From NCBI GenBank assembly GCA_965261595.1, contig CBDHDG010000007.1:1120001-1184000 (forward strand): a stretch of DNA of 64,000 bases. Reading direction: 5' to 3'. The stretch's first letter is position 1, and the number at the start of each line of letters is the position of its first letter. The notes beneath the pieces were generated by a model, which had not been told where the DNA came from, did not search any database, and saw nothing but the letters and a program-made list of their open reading frames with translations. Origin of the DNA: a bacterium. GTDB taxonomy: Bacteria > UBA8248 > JACPRG01 > G963555815. Below, piece after piece: positions 20,796 through 30,450 of the stretch. A program made the position numbers and the translations under genes.

Positions 20796-21395
20796 ATGGA
20801 ACTGAACGACATCATCACCGTCAATTGGATGTACGAGAAATTTTATCCCTACGTCGCCCGTCAGATCCTGGACGAATACGGCCGGACCACCGGCCGGGCG
20901 CTCGAAATGGGGGCTTACGCGCCCGGCATCTCCGCCGCGCTTCTGGCCCTCGCCCCGGACATCGAGATCACCGTCGCCGACAACACGCCGGGCCTCAAAG
21001 CCCATTTCGAGGATTACCTGAGCCGGGCGGGGGCGCTGGAGAAGGTCCGGATAGAGGAGGGCGACGTCGAGGCCCTGAATTATCTGGACGCGACCTTTGA
21101 TTTGGTTTATTTCCGGGGCGCGCTCTTTTTCATCTGGGACCCGGTCAAGCTCCTCCGCGAGGCCGACCGTGTTCTCAAACCGGGGGGCGTGGCGCTCATC
21201 GGAGGCGGGTTCGGCGCGGGGGCGCCCAATGAGGAGATCGACAAGGTTGCCGCCGAAGCCCGAGAACTGAACCGCAAGCTCGGCAAGCGCGTGGTGAGCC
21301 ACGAGGAGGCGGAAGCCTGCGCCCGGGAGGCCGGTGTGTGGGAGCGCTCCCGCCTCGATAAAAGACACGGGCTGTGGGTGGTGATCAAGAAATGA
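20796..21395 (+). CDS. Class I SAM-dependent methyltransferase
   Basis: ALEMGAYAPG, EGDVEAL...FDLV, RVLKPGG. Confidence 0.88.
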   Translation: MELNDIITVNWMYEKFYPYVARQILDEYGRTTGRALEMGAYAPGISAALLALAPDIEITVADNTPGLKAHFEDYLSRAGALEKVRIEEGDVEALNYLDATFDLVYFRGALFFIWDPVKLLREADRVLKPGGVALIGGGFGAGAPNEEIDKVAAEARELNRKLGKRVVSHEEAEACAREAGVWERSRLDKRHGLWVVIKK

Positions 21396-21549
21396 GGCGA
21401 CAAAATCCCAGGGGGGGGCACTTGCGTGCCGGCCAAGCTGCGGGTGAAGGTGTTTGTGCTTACCGCAACCGGGTCGGCGCATGTTGCCTCGATAAGCGAC
21501 ACGGGCTATGGGTGGTGATCAAGAAATGAGATGACAAAATCCCAGGGGG
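21352..21549 (+). repeat. 64-bp direct repeat (21352-21415, 21486-21549) enclosing dispersed repeat A copy 1 (21416-21481)
   Basis: gcctcgataa..gacacgggct.tgggtggtgatcaagaaatgag..gacaaaatcccaggggg twice, five mismatches. Confidence 0.9.
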
Positions 21550-21690
21550 CTTTTTTAAAAAACCGCCCCCTGGACCCCTGAAAAATTTTCATTTAGCGAA
21601 AACGTGCGGCGCCGAAGGTGCCGCACGTTTTCGCGAGACAAAAGTTTTCGAGGGGGGGTTGGGGGGACTGTTTTCAAAATATCCCCCCAA
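21542..21690. repeat. Dispersed palindromic repeat B, copy 1
   Basis: GGGGGC-TTTTTTAAAAAA-CCGCCCCCTGGACCCC terminus and long central hairpin 21596-21634; related to 40441..40550. Confidence 0.8.
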
Positions 21691-21702
21691 GGTTCTCAGC
21701 CT

Positions 21703-22551
21703 CTAAAGCGGAAGGTGGGTGATTCGGTAGAGGTTCCGGCTCATGAGCTCGCCGACCAGGACCGTGATGATGGCGATGTAGAAAAACCCCGTGGCCGTCC
21801 TCGTAGCGCGCATCCGCAGGCTGATCGCGATGACCAGGGCGACAATGAACGTCCCGGCCAGCCCGACCAGAATCCGTCCCCAGAACTCCAAACCCCACCG
21901 GGTCAGAAAGACATTCTCGCCCCACACGATCCGGATCTGCTCCGGCGTAAACTCTTTGAGGACCAACGTCAGGAGCACGGCCCCCTGGGCCAGCAGGACC
22001 GCCAGGAGCAGCCACGTAAACCGCCAAAGCGGGTCAAGCGGCAGGTCCGATTTGACCAGGTAGTAGTGGCCGAGCAGCATCCCCGTAAAAACCGTTCCGA
22101 GCGCCAGGGTGGAAAGGAGGAAGTTGACCGGGAGGAGCCTCGCCTGAAAGACGGTCATGCCGGCCTCGCGCACGGCGATTGAATCGCTGATGACCGAGAA
22201 AATCCCGACAAGCGCCGCGACGCCCAGGACGAACTTCGTAACGCCTTCCCGCGAGCGGTAAAGGGATATCAGATACGCAAGGGTCAGGATCACGAACCCG
22301 CTCATCGCGCCGAACGTCCGTCCCTTCCAAGTGGACCAAAGCGGCGTCCCGAGCAGAGAGAGAATCCCGTCATACCCGGCCGGCCGGGGGGCGATCCACC
22401 AATGGATCAACACGAGAACGGCGAAGACCCAGGCGCATGTTTTGAAGAACCCCCTGCCCAGGACCTGGAAGGGGATGAGCGCGAGCAACCCCACGCTCCC
22501 CACAAGGAACTGGCCGAAGGTGATGGCAAACATCTCGCGAATGACTTCCAT
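21703..22551 (-). CDS. Multi-pass membrane protein of unknown function
   Basis: About eight hydrophobic segments, GMLLGHYYL and ATGFFY motifs. Confidence 0.75.
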   Translation of the reverse strand: MEVIREMFAITFGQFLVGSVGLLALIPFQVLGRGFFKTCAWVFAVLVLIHWWIAPRPAGYDGILSLLGTPLWSTWKGRTFGAMSGFVILTLAYLISLYRSREGVTKFVLGVAALVGIFSVISDSIAVREAGMTVFQARLLPVNFLLSTLALGTVFTGMLLGHYYLVKSDLPLDPLWRFTWLLLAVLLAQGAVLLTLVLKEFTPEQIRIVWGENVFLTRWGLEFWGRILVGLAGTFIVALVIAISLRMRATRTATGFFYIAIITVLVGELMSRNLYRITHLPL

Positions 22552-22581
22552 ATCCTACCCACCTTACGGAAAAGTCGCGGG

Positions 22582-22705
22582 ACGCGCGGTGTCGGGTTCC
22601 CCGCACTGGCGTGTTTGGTCGATCACCTCACAGATGGTGTGCGCTGACCAGGTTGCGATAAGCACAAACACCCTCATCCGCAGCTTGGCCGGCACGCAAG
22701 TGCCC
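22582..22705 (-). repeat. Dispersed repeat A, copy 2
   Basis: Reverse complement reads gggcacttgcgtgccggccaagctgcggatgagggtgtttgtgcttatcgcaacc... Confidence 0.9.
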
Positions 22706-22707
22706 TT

Positions 22708-23112
22708 TCAATGGTCCGGGTGTTCGCCTTCCAGGGGTTTCGAGACCTCCAGGACATAGCCGTCCGGGTCGTGGAGGAGAAACATCCGCGTCCCCCAGGG
22801 CATCGACATCGGTTTGCAGACAAAGTCCGCGTCCATTCCTTGTAAGCGTTCGTATTCCGCGTCCACGTCATCGCTTTGCAGCGTGAGGATCGACCCCCAT
22901 CCCCGGTCGCCCGGTTCGGGGTTGAACTTCCATTTTTCAAACTCCTCGCGCGACAGATCTTCGTGCACCACCACGTTGAACCCGCCCACCTGAAACCGGG
23001 TGTCCTGCTCTCCCTCCCGGGCGATGGGGATCCCCATCACGTCCCGATAAAAGCGGACGGAGCGTTTCAGATCCTTGACGAAAAGGAAAATCGTTGAGAT
23101 CCCGGTGATCAT
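22708..23112 (-). CDS. VOC/glyoxalase family protein
   Basis: VKDLKRSVRFYRDVMG, MPWGTRMFLLHDPDGYVLEV. Confidence 0.92.
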   Translation of the reverse strand: MITGISTIFLFVKDLKRSVRFYRDVMGIPIAREGEQDTRFQVGGFNVVVHEDLSREEFEKWKFNPEPGDRGWGSILTLQSDDVDAEYERLQGMDADFVCKPMSMPWGTRMFLLHDPDGYVLEVSKPLEGEHPDH

Positions 23113-23199
23113 GATTCCGCTCCCTTTCGGAGATTCATCCCTCCCCCCTCTCCCCCCCCTCCCCGGGGCGCCGCATGTTTGGGGGGTTGTCTGAAAAGG

Positions 23200-23946
23200 T
23201 TATGTCGATCCGCTCTTTCTCGCCAGAAACAGGAGATGGCCTTTCCTTGTGATCTCTTTGCCCCCGCCGCGGAGGTGGGCGCGCAGGCCTTCTTCTCTCC
23301 GGGGGCTCCATCGCTTGGGCGCGTCCCCCTCCCCGTCCCCGAGCAGGACCCTCTCGGCCTCTTCCGGGGAGCGGAAGACCAGGACCTCCTCCTCCACCCG
23401 GCCGTGGATGATTTCAAACCCGGCCTTCTCCAGCCCGCGGGTCAACGAATCCTCCGTATAGGCGAATCTCGAAGGGACCCCGGTCTCCTTCCATTGATTC
23501 CTGTGGAGTGCGACCGCCGCGAAATGCGACCCGGGGGCCAGGGCGCGGCCCGCCCGCTCGATCAGGGCGTCGGACATGCACAGGTGCGCGGTCAGGGTGT
23601 CGGGCCGTCCGCCCCAGCGGGCGTCGTCGTATTCCACCGCCTCTACATCGGCGATAACGAACCGCAGGTTGGCGACCCCCTCGGCCTCCGCCCGCGCGGC
23701 CGCCCGCCGAATCGCCTCCGCGTCCCGGTCGAGCCCCGCGACTTCCGCCGCATGGGGCGCCAGGGCGAAAGCGAGCCTTCCGTCCCCGCAGCCCAGGTCG
23801 AGCACCCGCCCGGTTTTCGTGACCGTTTCCAGGAGCCAACGCAGGAAGACGGGGCTGATGTCCGCGTGCCGCATCGGGCTCCGCGGATCCGGGTCGTAAG
23901 AAATTATTCTCGCGTCCCGCTCGAAGCGATCACCGTCCGCGGTCAC
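23200..23946 (-). CDS. Class I SAM-dependent methyltransferase
   Basis: VLDLGCGDG, RALAPGS; GTGA overlap with the upstream stop. Confidence 0.85.
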   Translation of the reverse strand: MTADGDRFERDARIISYDPDPRSPMRHADISPVFLRWLLETVTKTGRVLDLGCGDGRLAFALAPHAAEVAGLDRDAEAIRRAAARAEAEGVANLRFVIADVEAVEYDDARWGGRPDTLTAHLCMSDALIERAGRALAPGSHFAAVALHRNQWKETGVPSRFAYTEDSLTRGLEKAGFEIIHGRVEEEVLVFRSPEEAERVLLGDGEGDAPKRWSPRREEGLRAHLRGGGKEITRKGHLLFLARKSGST

Positions 23947-24503
23947 CCGGCGAGGCCCAGGCTCTCGGCTTTCTCTTGCATGGCGTCCAGGACGACCTGG
24001 AGGTGTTCATCCAGGGGGACGCCCAGGTCCGCCGCGGCCTCTTCGATTTGCGCCCGGTCGACGCCCTTGGCGAACGCCTTGTCCTTCCACTTTTTCTTGA
24101 CGGACTTGATCTTCATGTCCGAAATGTCCCGGGTCGGGCGCACCAGGACGCAGGCCGTGATGAGGCCGACCAGCTCGTCGACCGCGAAGAGCGCCTTGGC
24201 CATGTTCGACGTCCGGGGGACGTTCAGGTATTCAGCGTGCCCTTTGATCGCCTCCAGCCCGTCTTCCGGAAACCCTTTTTCCTCCAGGACTTTGACGCCC
24301 ACAAGGGGGTGTTCGTCCAGGGAGGGGTGTTTCTCGTAATCCAGGTCGTGGACAAGGCCGACCACCCCCCAAAACTCCTCGTCCTCTCCGAATTTCCGGG
24401 CGTAGGCCCGCATCGCGGCCTCGACGGCGAGGGCGTGCCTGCGGAGACTCTCGGTTTGCGTCCACTCGTGAAGGAGGCTTTCCGCCTCGATTCGCGTCAT
24501 CAT
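23943..24503 (-). CDS. HD-domain hydrolase
   Basis: RRHALAVEAAM, GLVHDLDYE, ALFAVDELVGLI, KDKAFAKGVDR. Confidence 0.9.
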   Translation of the reverse strand: MMTRIEAESLLHEWTQTESLRRHALAVEAAMRAYARKFGEDEEFWGVVGLVHDLDYEKHPSLDEHPLVGVKVLEEKGFPEDGLEAIKGHAEYLNVPRTSNMAKALFAVDELVGLITACVLVRPTRDISDMKIKSVKKKWKDKAFAKGVDRAQIEEAAADLGVPLDEHLQVVLDAMQEKAESLGLAG

Positions 24504-25282
24504 CTCTTGCCGCCTCCCCGGAAGAGGTCCTCATCCTTGGGCCGAAAGAGCGCCCGGGCACCCGCGTCGCTTTTTTCAAATTCCACCCCCCGGATCAGGA
24601 CCGCCGGCCGTCCCTCGCCCGCCTGGCCCATCAGCAAAGAGGCCGCCGCCGCCGCTTCATCCGCCTGGGCCACGAGGGTCATCTGGAGCGTTCTGCCGAA
24701 CAGGTCCGCGTCGCCTCGGCGGTCGACGATGGGCTCGATGCCGGCCGCCCCGATGGCCACCCCCGCGACCCCGCGCCGGAACGGCCGCCCATGGGTGTCG
24801 CTGACGATCACCGCCACCTCCGTTGCCGTCTTTTCGCGGATCGCGTCGCGCAGCTTCCGGGCCGAGGCGTCCGCGTCTTCCGGCAGGAGGACGACGATGT
24901 CCTCCCCTTCCGGGCCGCTGAACACGTTGGAGCGGTCCACGCCGGCGTTGGCGCAGACGACGCCCGTGCGATGCTCCGTCACCAGGGCCGCCCGCGAGGC
25001 CAGCACCACTTCGTTGGATTCGCCCAGAATGATCTCGACCAGCCGGGGGTCCCGGTCCGTCGAATCGGCGATGTCCCGGGCCCGAGGCGTCGGCGCCACT
25101 TCGGACAGGACGCGGACCCGCCCTTCGGCCTTGGAGACGATTTTCTGGGCCACCACCAGGATGTCGCCCGGTTGGAATTCCATTCCGCCCGCCCGCGCGG
25201 CCCGGCAGAGGATTCCCGCCAGGTCGTCGCCCGGCTTGATTTCGGGAATGTCGGGCAGCGCCCGGCATTGATAACCGGTCAC
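24500..25282 (-). CDS. cofE: F420-0:gamma-glutamyl ligase
   Basis: PEIKPGDDL, KIVSKAEGR, CANAGVDRSN, DTHGRPFRRG, DLFGRTL; GTG start overlaps the cofC stop. Confidence 0.95.
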   Translation of the reverse strand: MTGYQCRALPDIPEIKPGDDLAGILCRAARAGGMEFQPGDILVVAQKIVSKAEGRVRVLSEVAPTPRARDIADSTDRDPRLVEIILGESNEVVLASRAALVTEHRTGVVCANAGVDRSNVFSGPEGEDIVVLLPEDADASARKLRDAIREKTATEVAVIVSDTHGRPFRRGVAGVAIGAAGIEPIVDRRGDADLFGRTLQMTLVAQADEAAAAASLLMGQAGEGRPAVLIRGVEFEKSDAGARALFRPKDEDLFRGGGKR

Positions 25283-25959
25283 GGCGAGACCACCGGACCC
25301 GACGCGAGAATTTTCGAGAGCCCGCTCAGGGCCTTGGGGTCCAAAGCGCCGCGCAGGGATTCCAGGTCTTCCGGAAGGTCGATGTCCAGGCCCAGAGCGG
25401 CCGAGCGATGCTCCAGGAAGGGCACGCCGCTTGCGGCGGCCCGCGCCCGGTGGCCGTTGAAGCTGTCCGGTCCGAAGGCCGGACTCAAAACGTCCGGCGG
25501 ATGGAGGAGCAGGGCGTTGGTCCCCTCGCCGCGATGCGAGGGGGCCGCCACGACGCATCGTGCGTCCGTCCCGAGGAGAGCGGCCATCGCGTCCACGTCT
25601 TCGGGCTTCAGGAGGGGAAGGTCCGCGGGAATGATCAGGATGGCTTCCGGCGGCGGTCCCGACGCGACGGCCGGGCGGCCCGGAGAATCACGGAACGCCG
25701 AGACGGCCTCGCGGAGGGCGCCGTTCAGGTCTCCGGATTCCTCGAAGAAAGAATCCGCGCCGAGCGTCTGCGCCGCCGACCGGGCATCGACGTCTTTGGA
25801 AATCAGAATGGCGCGCTCCACGGATTCGGCCTCGGCCAGGGACCGGAGGACCCGTCTCATCATCCAGAAGGAGAGGCGCCCCCGGGCGTCTTCGTCCAGG
25901 ACCGCGGACAGGCGCATTTTTCCAGCCCGGAATCCTTTGAGCGGAACGAGCGCGATCAT
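25279..25959 (-). CDS. cofC: Phospholactate/PEP guanylyltransferase
   Basis: VPLK....GKMRLS, PADLP, GTNAL, FGPDSF..H, DIDLPEDL. Confidence 0.93.
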   Translation of the reverse strand: MIALVPLKGFRAGKMRLSAVLDEDARGRLSFWMMRRVLRSLAEAESVERAILISKDVDARSAAQTLGADSFFEESGDLNGALREAVSAFRDSPGRPAVASGPPPEAILIIPADLPLLKPEDVDAMAALLGTDARCVVAAPSHRGEGTNALLLHPPDVLSPAFGPDSFNGHRARAAASGVPFLEHRSAALGLDIDLPEDLESLRGALDPKALSGLSKILASGPVVSP

Positions 25960-25974
25960 GGGGAAGTTGGCCCT

Positions 25975-26931
25975 TTATGTGCGGGATGCCCGGGAAATTT
26001 CGTCCGAAAATTCAAGGACTTCGCGGCCCAGCCGAATCTTGTCTTCCAGCGTGTTCATGACCGTGTTCGCGACCCGGACGCGGAGGCCCATCTTCTCCAC
26101 GCGCGCGGCTTCGTTCCGGTCCACTTCGTCTAGCACGAAGCCATCGAGCAAGTCAACGTAACGCCGGGCGACGCCGGAAGCCGACGGTTTCTCGCCCAGC
26201 TCCTTCATCATTTTCGCCGCCGGGCCCTTGAGGGCGCGCCCGCCCACGATGGGACTCACGGCCACCTTCGGGCCGGGGGAGGACCGGATGGCGTCGGCCA
26301 TGCCCGGTAGCTCCAGGATCGGCCTCAGGCTTACGAAGGGGTTGGACGGGCAGAATATGACGGCCCGGGCCCGGGCCAGGGCCGAAAGCGCCGCCTCGGT
26401 GGGCCCGGCGTCCTCGATCCCCTCGAAACGAATCCCGGTGATCGGCGTTTCCGCCCGCCGGGCCACGAAATAGTCCTGGAACTCCAGCTCGCCTTCCGGC
26501 GTGAGGACGCGCGTCCGGACAGGGGCGTCCGTCATGGGCAGGACGGCGCTTCGGACCCCCAGGGCGCGGCAGAGGATCCCCGTGACTTCCGTCAGGGATT
26601 TATCCTGATCGAGGAGCGCGCGGCGCAGCAGGTGGGCGCCCAGGTCTCGGTCGCCCAGACGGAACCAGGCGGGATAGCCGTAGCGCTCGAGCATATCGAG
26701 GGCGTGGGTCGTGTCGCCCGCCACGCCCCAGCCCGGGCCCGGGTCCGCCAGGCCCGCCAGGGTGTACATGACCGTGTCGATGTCCGGAGAAACGTGGAGG
26801 CCGTAAAGCGTGAGATCGTCGGCGGTGTTGACGACGGCCGCGACCTTTTCCGGCGGGGCCGCGCGGGCGAGTCCCAGGACCAGCTTCGCCCCCCCGACGC
26901 CCCCCGCGAGCGCAACGATCAGGTCATTCAT
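25975..26931 (-). CDS. cofD: FO 2-phospho-L-lactate transferase
   Basis: LAGGVGGAKL, VNTADD, SPDIDTVMYTL, WFRLGDRDL, PSNPFVS, KGPAAKMM. Confidence 0.96.
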   Translation of the reverse strand: MNDLIVALAGGVGGAKLVLGLARAAPPEKVAAVVNTADDLTLYGLHVSPDIDTVMYTLAGLADPGPGWGVAGDTTHALDMLERYGYPAWFRLGDRDLGAHLLRRALLDQDKSLTEVTGILCRALGVRSAVLPMTDAPVRTRVLTPEGELEFQDYFVARRAETPITGIRFEGIEDAGPTEAALSALARARAVIFCPSNPFVSLRPILELPGMADAIRSSPGPKVAVSPIVGGRALKGPAAKMMKELGEKPSASGVARRYVDLLDGFVLDEVDRNEAARVEKMGLRVRVANTVMNTLEDKIRLGREVLEFSDEISRASRT

Positions 26932-27552
26932 TCAGCGGTGCAGAACCGTCAGCGCGTAGGCGGGCCTCTCCGGGGGTTCTTCCCGCGGGGGCCGGCCCAG
27001 GGCGACGAGCATGTGGGGGTGAAAGTCCGCGGGCAGGTCCAGGATCGACCGGACCAGGTCGGGACAAAACAGCGGCGCGCACACCCAACAGGCGGCGATG
27101 TTCCGCGCGTGGGCGGCCAGAAGAACGTTCTGAAGGGCGGCGCCCAGGCTCTGGGTCGCCATGGTTTCCTCGGCGGTCCGCCGGAAGGCGTCGGGGTATC
27201 GGTCCAGGTCTTCTTTGTACAGACACGGGATCAACAGGGCGCTGGCGGGAAGGAGCAGGTCGAGGGATTTTTGTATCCGGGCGCGGATGCGATCTTCGGA
27301 GAGGATGCCGTCGTTCCGGAGGTCGGATTCAAAGGTGGCGGCCATCCGGTGGACCAGGCGCGCTTTGATCTCGGGGGTTGTAACAATGACGAATCGCCAG
27401 GGGCGGGTCTTGTGAGGGGAGGGCGCCCACCCGGCGGCCTGGACGACGCGGTCCACCTCTTCGGGCGGTACGCTTCCCGGACCGAACTGCCGTCGGGAGC
27501 GGCGCGACTCCAGGAATTGAAGATAGATGTCCCCGTCTTGAAGCTCAGGCAT
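26932..27552 (-). CDS. Nitroreductase-family protein, probable dehydro-F420 reductase (FbiB C-terminal-like)
   Basis: RRSRRQF, APSPHKTRPWRF, GAALQNVLLA, CWVCAPLFCPDLVR; inside the cof operon. Confidence 0.85.
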   Translation of the reverse strand: MPELQDGDIYLQFLESRRSRRQFGPGSVPPEEVDRVVQAAGWAPSPHKTRPWRFVIVTTPEIKARLVHRMAATFESDLRNDGILSEDRIRARIQKSLDLLLPASALLIPCLYKEDLDRYPDAFRRTAEETMATQSLGAALQNVLLAAHARNIAACWVCAPLFCPDLVRSILDLPADFHPHMLVALGRPPREEPPERPAYALTVLHR

Positions 27553-27582
27553 GACGGACCCGGCAGACCCCTTCGGCTCAAG

Positions 27583-28704
27583 TCATCCGTTCGAGGAGAC
27601 GGGCTCCAACGAAGGGCGCTTTTCGTACACCGTCGTTCGCTCGACGGGGGTTCGGCCGTTTTTCAGGATGATCTCGCGGAGCTGCTCGACCGAGGCGCGA
27701 TCTCCCCACTCCGATCCGGACATGTTGGAGATCTTCTCCTCCATCAGCGTCCCCCCCACGTCGTTGCAGCCGACCCGCAGGGCCTCGCCGCCGGCTTCCA
27801 GGCCGATCTTCGGCCAGCTCGATTGGATGTTGAAAATCATCTCGCGGAAATAAATCCGGCTGACGGCGTAAAGCTTGAAGACCTCTTCATTGGGGATCAT
27901 TCTCTGGATGTTGTACTTCCGGCCGAGCGCGTTGTCGTAAGGAATGAACGGCAGCGGAACGAACTCTGTGAACCCCCCCGTGTCCTTCTGGATGTCGCGG
28001 ATGACGTCGAGGTGCTCCCCGACCTCCTCGGTGGACTCCACGTGGCCGAACATGATGGTGGAAGTCGCCGGGATCCCCTGGCGCTGGACCTCTTTGATGA
28101 TCTCCACCCAGCGCCCGGCCGTCAGCTTCTCGGGGCAGATGATCCGGCGCACCCGCTCGACGAGGATTTCCGCGGCGGTCCCGGGCGTGCTGCCGAGTCC
28201 GGAGTCTTTCAGGATGGCGATGACCTCGGCGGGGGTCTTGCCCGACAATTCGGTCATGTAATTGATCTCTTCGCTCGAATAGGCGTGGATGTGGATGTCG
28301 GGGGCGACGCGCTTCACCCGCTTGAGGAGGTCCGCGTAGTAATCCAACGTGACGAACGGGTGAAGACCGCCCTGGATGCAGACCTCGGTGGCCCCGAAGG
28401 CGACGGCTTCGGCGACCTTCCGCTCGATTTCCTCATCGCTGACGAAATAGGCCCCCTCCTGCCCCGCCTTCCGTGAAAAGCCGCAAAATTCGCAGCTGCC
28501 CACGCAGATGTTGGTGAAGTTCATGTTCCGGTTGACGACGTAGGTGGCCTCGTCCCCGTTGATCTCCGCTCGAAGGGCGTCCGCGAAATCGAAAAGCCTC
28601 TGGGTCTGTTCGGGGTCTTTCGAATTCAACAGGGCCGCCGCGTCCTGGGGGCCGATCTCCCGTCCGCGCTCGGCCTTTCGAAAGGCTTCGGCAAATGTAG
28701 GCAT
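27583..28704 (-). CDS. cofH: FO synthase subunit 2 (radical SAM)
   Basis: YVVNRNMNFTNICVGSCEFC, EVCIQGGLHP, PGTAAEIL, GGFTEFVPLPF, GGTLMEE. Confidence 0.95.
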   Translation of the reverse strand: MPTFAEAFRKAERGREIGPQDAAALLNSKDPEQTQRLFDFADALRAEINGDEATYVVNRNMNFTNICVGSCEFCGFSRKAGQEGAYFVSDEEIERKVAEAVAFGATEVCIQGGLHPFVTLDYYADLLKRVKRVAPDIHIHAYSSEEINYMTELSGKTPAEVIAILKDSGLGSTPGTAAEILVERVRRIICPEKLTAGRWVEIIKEVQRQGIPATSTIMFGHVESTEEVGEHLDVIRDIQKDTGGFTEFVPLPFIPYDNALGRKYNIQRMIPNEEVFKLYAVSRIYFREMIFNIQSSWPKIGLEAGGEALRVGCNDVGGTLMEEKISNMSGSEWGDRASVEQLREIILKNGRTPVERTTVYEKRPSLEPVSSNG

Positions 28705-28716
28705 CTTGTGTCGTCC

Positions 28717-29697
28717 TCAGCAGAAAAGCGCAGGCCGGATGGAGGCCATCACGGCGCCAACGATGGGTGAGTGCCACCCGCGATCGACGAACTCATCGTA
28801 CACGGGCAATCGAAGCTCCAGGTCGATGTCGAACTCGGCGAGATGTCTGCGCAGCCCTTCCGTGTCCGGCCAGGGGTGATTGGGATTGATCAGATCCGGC
28901 TCGTCCGAAAGCCCGCCGATGTCGTCGGCGCCCGCTTCCACGGCTTCCAGGACGTGCGGAATCAGGTTGGGCGGAATCTGGATGTGGACGTCATCAGGGA
29001 GAATCGCCCGGGTCTCGCGGACCATCTCCAACGTTTCGGCTATCGAGGGCTCGGGCCAGCTCGCCATCGGTGTTCCCTCCTGGACGTTGAGGGGCTGGAC
29101 GATGACCTCCATCAGGTGCCCGTAGGTTTCATGGAGCCCGGCCAAGGCTTCGAGGGTGTCGGTCCGCTCCCGCCGGCTCTCGCCGATGCCGAACAGGATC
29201 CCCGATGTGAAGGGGATCCGGATCTCGCCGGCCGCCCGGACGGTCTCCAGCCTCAGGCCGGCCGCCTTGGTGGGCGCGAACTTGTGGGCGATCCCCGCCT
29301 CGACGGCCGGGCTCAGCGACTCCAGCATCACGCCCATCGAAGCGTTTACGTCTTTCAGCCGGGCCAGCTCGTCCAACGTCAGGGTCCCGATGTTGGTGTG
29401 AGGCAAAAGCCCTTCTTCCAGAAGGATTTCGCAGGCCCTGCGGGTGTAATCCACGTACGTGGGAAACCCCCACGCATTCAACTCCGCCCGCATCCCGGGG
29501 TGGTCGTCCGGCCGCTCCCCCGTCATCACGAGCGCCTCGACGGCACCCTTCGCGGCTTCCCGCCGGGCGGTTTCCCGGATCTGTTCCCGGGTCATGAGGA
29601 CGGGTTGATTGGAGCGGAAAGAACAATAACCGCAGTGGTTCCGGCACCAGTAGGTGATGGGAAGGGTGAAATTCCGGGAATAGGTCACCGTCTTCAC
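28717..29697 (-). CDS. cofG: FO synthase subunit 1 (radical SAM)
   Basis: VTYSRN, CRNHCGYC, LLPHTNIG, ASMGVMLE, QIPPNL, INPNHPWP. Confidence 0.95.
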   Translation of the reverse strand: MKTVTYSRNFTLPITYWCRNHCGYCSFRSNQPVLMTREQIRETARREAAKGAVEALVMTGERPDDHPGMRAELNAWGFPTYVDYTRRACEILLEEGLLPHTNIGTLTLDELARLKDVNASMGVMLESLSPAVEAGIAHKFAPTKAAGLRLETVRAAGEIRIPFTSGILFGIGESRRERTDTLEALAGLHETYGHLMEVIVQPLNVQEGTPMASWPEPSIAETLEMVRETRAILPDDVHIQIPPNLIPHVLEAVEAGADDIGGLSDEPDLINPNHPWPDTEGLRRHLAEFDIDLELRLPVYDEFVDRGWHSPIVGAVMASIRPALFC

Positions 29698-29849
29698 GCA
29701 ACGCGTTCCTTATCGTGTCCCTCAACACAGCTATTCTAACACATCAGGGCCGCAAGAGATTTCTCGTCCGGCCGGGTGTCAGACAGGATCAGCGGGCGGC
29801 TGTCCTCGGGTCCCCGGGTTGGGGAACGGCCTGGGTCCGGCGCGGGTCA

Positions 29850-30443
29850 TCAGGTAATCGTATGGGCCGCTTCAAACGCCGCAATCTTGGATTCGTGTTG
29901 CAAGGTCAAGGCGATGTCGTCTAGGCCTTCGAGCAGACACTTTTTGGAGAAAGGATCGATCTCGAAATGGTGCGCCTCCCCTTCGGCCGTCGTGACCACC
30001 TGTCCCTCCAAATCAACGGACAGGGCGCCGCCGGGCGCCGCTTCGAACCGGGCGGAGAGGTCATTGACGATCCCTTTATCGAGAACGACGGGGAGCAGAC
30101 CGTTTTTCAAGCAGTTGTTATAAAAAATGTCCGCGAAGGAGGGGGCGATGACCACCCGGAATCCGGCCTGCTGGATGGCCCAGGGGGCGTGCTCCCGGGA
30201 GCTTCCGCAGCCGAAGTTGCTCCCGGTCAGAAGGATCTCGGACCCTTCATAGGCCGGGTCGTTCATGATGAAGTCCGGTTTCGGCTCGCCCTCGGGCGTG
30301 AAACGCCAGTCAACGAAAAGAAACTCGCCGAATCCCGTCTTTTCGATCCGCTTCAGGAACTGTTTCGGAATGATCTGATCGGTGTCCACGTCCCCCCGAT
30401 TGAGCGGCAGGACCTTTCCGGTGAAACGCTTGAATGGCTCCAT
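29850..30443 (-). CDS. leuD: 3-isopropylmalate dehydratase small subunit
   Basis: [37 protein letters not shown]. Confidence 0.97.
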   Translation of the reverse strand: MEPFKRFTGKVLPLNRGDVDTDQIIPKQFLKRIEKTGFGEFLFVDWRFTPEGEPKPDFIMNDPAYEGSEILLTGSNFGCGSSREHAPWAIQQAGFRVVIAPSFADIFYNNCLKNGLLPVVLDKGIVNDLSARFEAAPGGALSVDLEGQVVTTAEGEAHHFEIDPFSKKCLLEGLDDIALTLQHESKIAAFEAAHTIT

Positions 30444-30450
30444 GGGTTGA

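Noticed and set aside
25283..25558. Long N-terminal extension of cofE
   Set aside because: Overlaps cofC in another frame; GTG 25282 overlapping the cofC stop fits better
26632..28476. 614-aa plus-strand ORF and similar long antisense ORFs (5898..7337, 17718..19121, 30478..31956, 41452..42993, 53792..55123)
   Set aside because: Shadow frames of well-supported genes in GC-rich DNA with no recognisable motifs
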